A stretch of DNA of 64,000 nt from positions 48,236,001 through 48,300,000 of the forward strand of contig OX597814.1 in the NCBI GenBank assembly GCA_951406725.2, written 5' to 3'. The position numbers were made by a program, and so were the translations under genes. Source of the DNA: Octopus vulgaris. Taxonomy: Eukaryota. The notes below the pieces were generated by a model that was not told the DNA's origin, searched no databases, and saw only the letters and a list, made by a program, of their open reading frames with translations. Below, piece by piece: positions 63,192 through 64,000 of the stretch (positions are counted from its first letter, which is position 1; the number at the start of each line of letters is the position of its first letter).

Positions 63192-64000
63192 CACTGGCCA
63201 AAATAATCTTAAGACCGATAATGACAGTTCTATTCCTTCATTAATATATTTTAAACAAAACTATATGAAATTATTTTACTTTTTACAGTTATGTAGAATT
63301 TTTTTCTTTCGAATGATATAGGCGTTCTATATCATTCTACAATTTGAATAAATTTAATGCGCAATTAATTCAAATGATTAGAAATTGTCGGTAAAATAAG
63401 TTTAAGACCATACCAAGATTATACAAATTAATAGACCAAATGGGTGGTCATGTGGCTAGTCGTACTGCACTTTTTTTTTTTGCTTAATAATCGAGCATTG
63501 TTACACATTAATTTACTATGGGAAAGCATCGTAGTCTCAGCCCAGTTACTAAATCAACGATCGCATTGCATCATCAGTATAATGTGTCCTTCAGGAACAT
63601 TAGCAAGCAATTAGGATGCAGCAAAGCGGTTTGTGTTCAAGGATGGAAGCTTTACCAAGCTACTGGCCAATACATAGATCGGAAAAAAACGGGCGCTCCG
63701 AGAAAAACAATAGTACAGGTGGATCGGCGAATTCATAAACTCTCTGAAGATAACCAAATCCTAACAGCAGTGGAAATTTGCAAGCAATTAGCTGATGAAA
63801 CTGACATCAGCTTTACACCACAAACTGTCAGAAACCGGCTAAAAGAATTTGGACTGTTCAACCGGATCGCTGGAAAGAAGCCAATAATTTCTGAGACGAA
63901 CCGGCAGAAGTGGATCAAGCTTGCTAAACGCCATACTGAATGGGCGGCCGAAGACTGGTCAAAAGTTCTTTGGAGTGACGAATCCCGCTTCTGCATCTTT
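63192..64000 (+). mobile_element. Tc1-family transposon, left part (runs off the window)
   Basis: TA|cactggccaaaataatcttaagacc end, with an inner repeat aaaataagtttaagacc at 63393-63409. ATG at 63518, frameshifted; later TVRNRLKEFGL...KKPIISETNRQKW...WSKVLWSDESRF. Confidence 0.85.

Overview
This is eukaryotic, AT-rich, microsatellite-dense genomic DNA. The SINE families and repeat landscape point to a coleoid cephalopod, most likely Octopus; this is inferred, not database-checked. Most of the window is transposon-derived: a Tx1/L1-clade LINE 3' end, a DD36E Tc1 element with intact TIRs, mariner, Tc1, pogo and hAT relics, four to five Helitrons, a Gypsy pol relic, CR1/L2- and RTE-like relics, many tRNA-derived SINEs, and a cluster of Penelope-like elements (PLEs) at 41-50.5 kb. 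One PLE is young, with an uninterrupted RT-thumb/GIY-YIG frame and ~610-bp inverted arms. One host gene can be assembled from four phase-compatible GT-AG exons at 55.9-60.8 kb (+): a chitin-binding type-2 (peritrophin-A/CBM14) domain, a single transmembrane helix and a Pro/Tyr-rich cytoplasmic tail; its 5' exon(s) were not identified. The most notable signal outside the ORF track is a dispersed set of type I hammerhead-ribozyme motifs: one with an intact core at 4758-4865 (-), one with a compensatory U3-A8 core, several decayed copies, and a shared non-canonical variant at the ends of two related PLEs. Also notable are a Helitron terminal palindrome present in flipped orientations, and several long inverted repeats. 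Most ORFs in the supplied track are microsatellite artefacts. Coordinates were counted by hand, and the boundaries of decayed elements are approximate.
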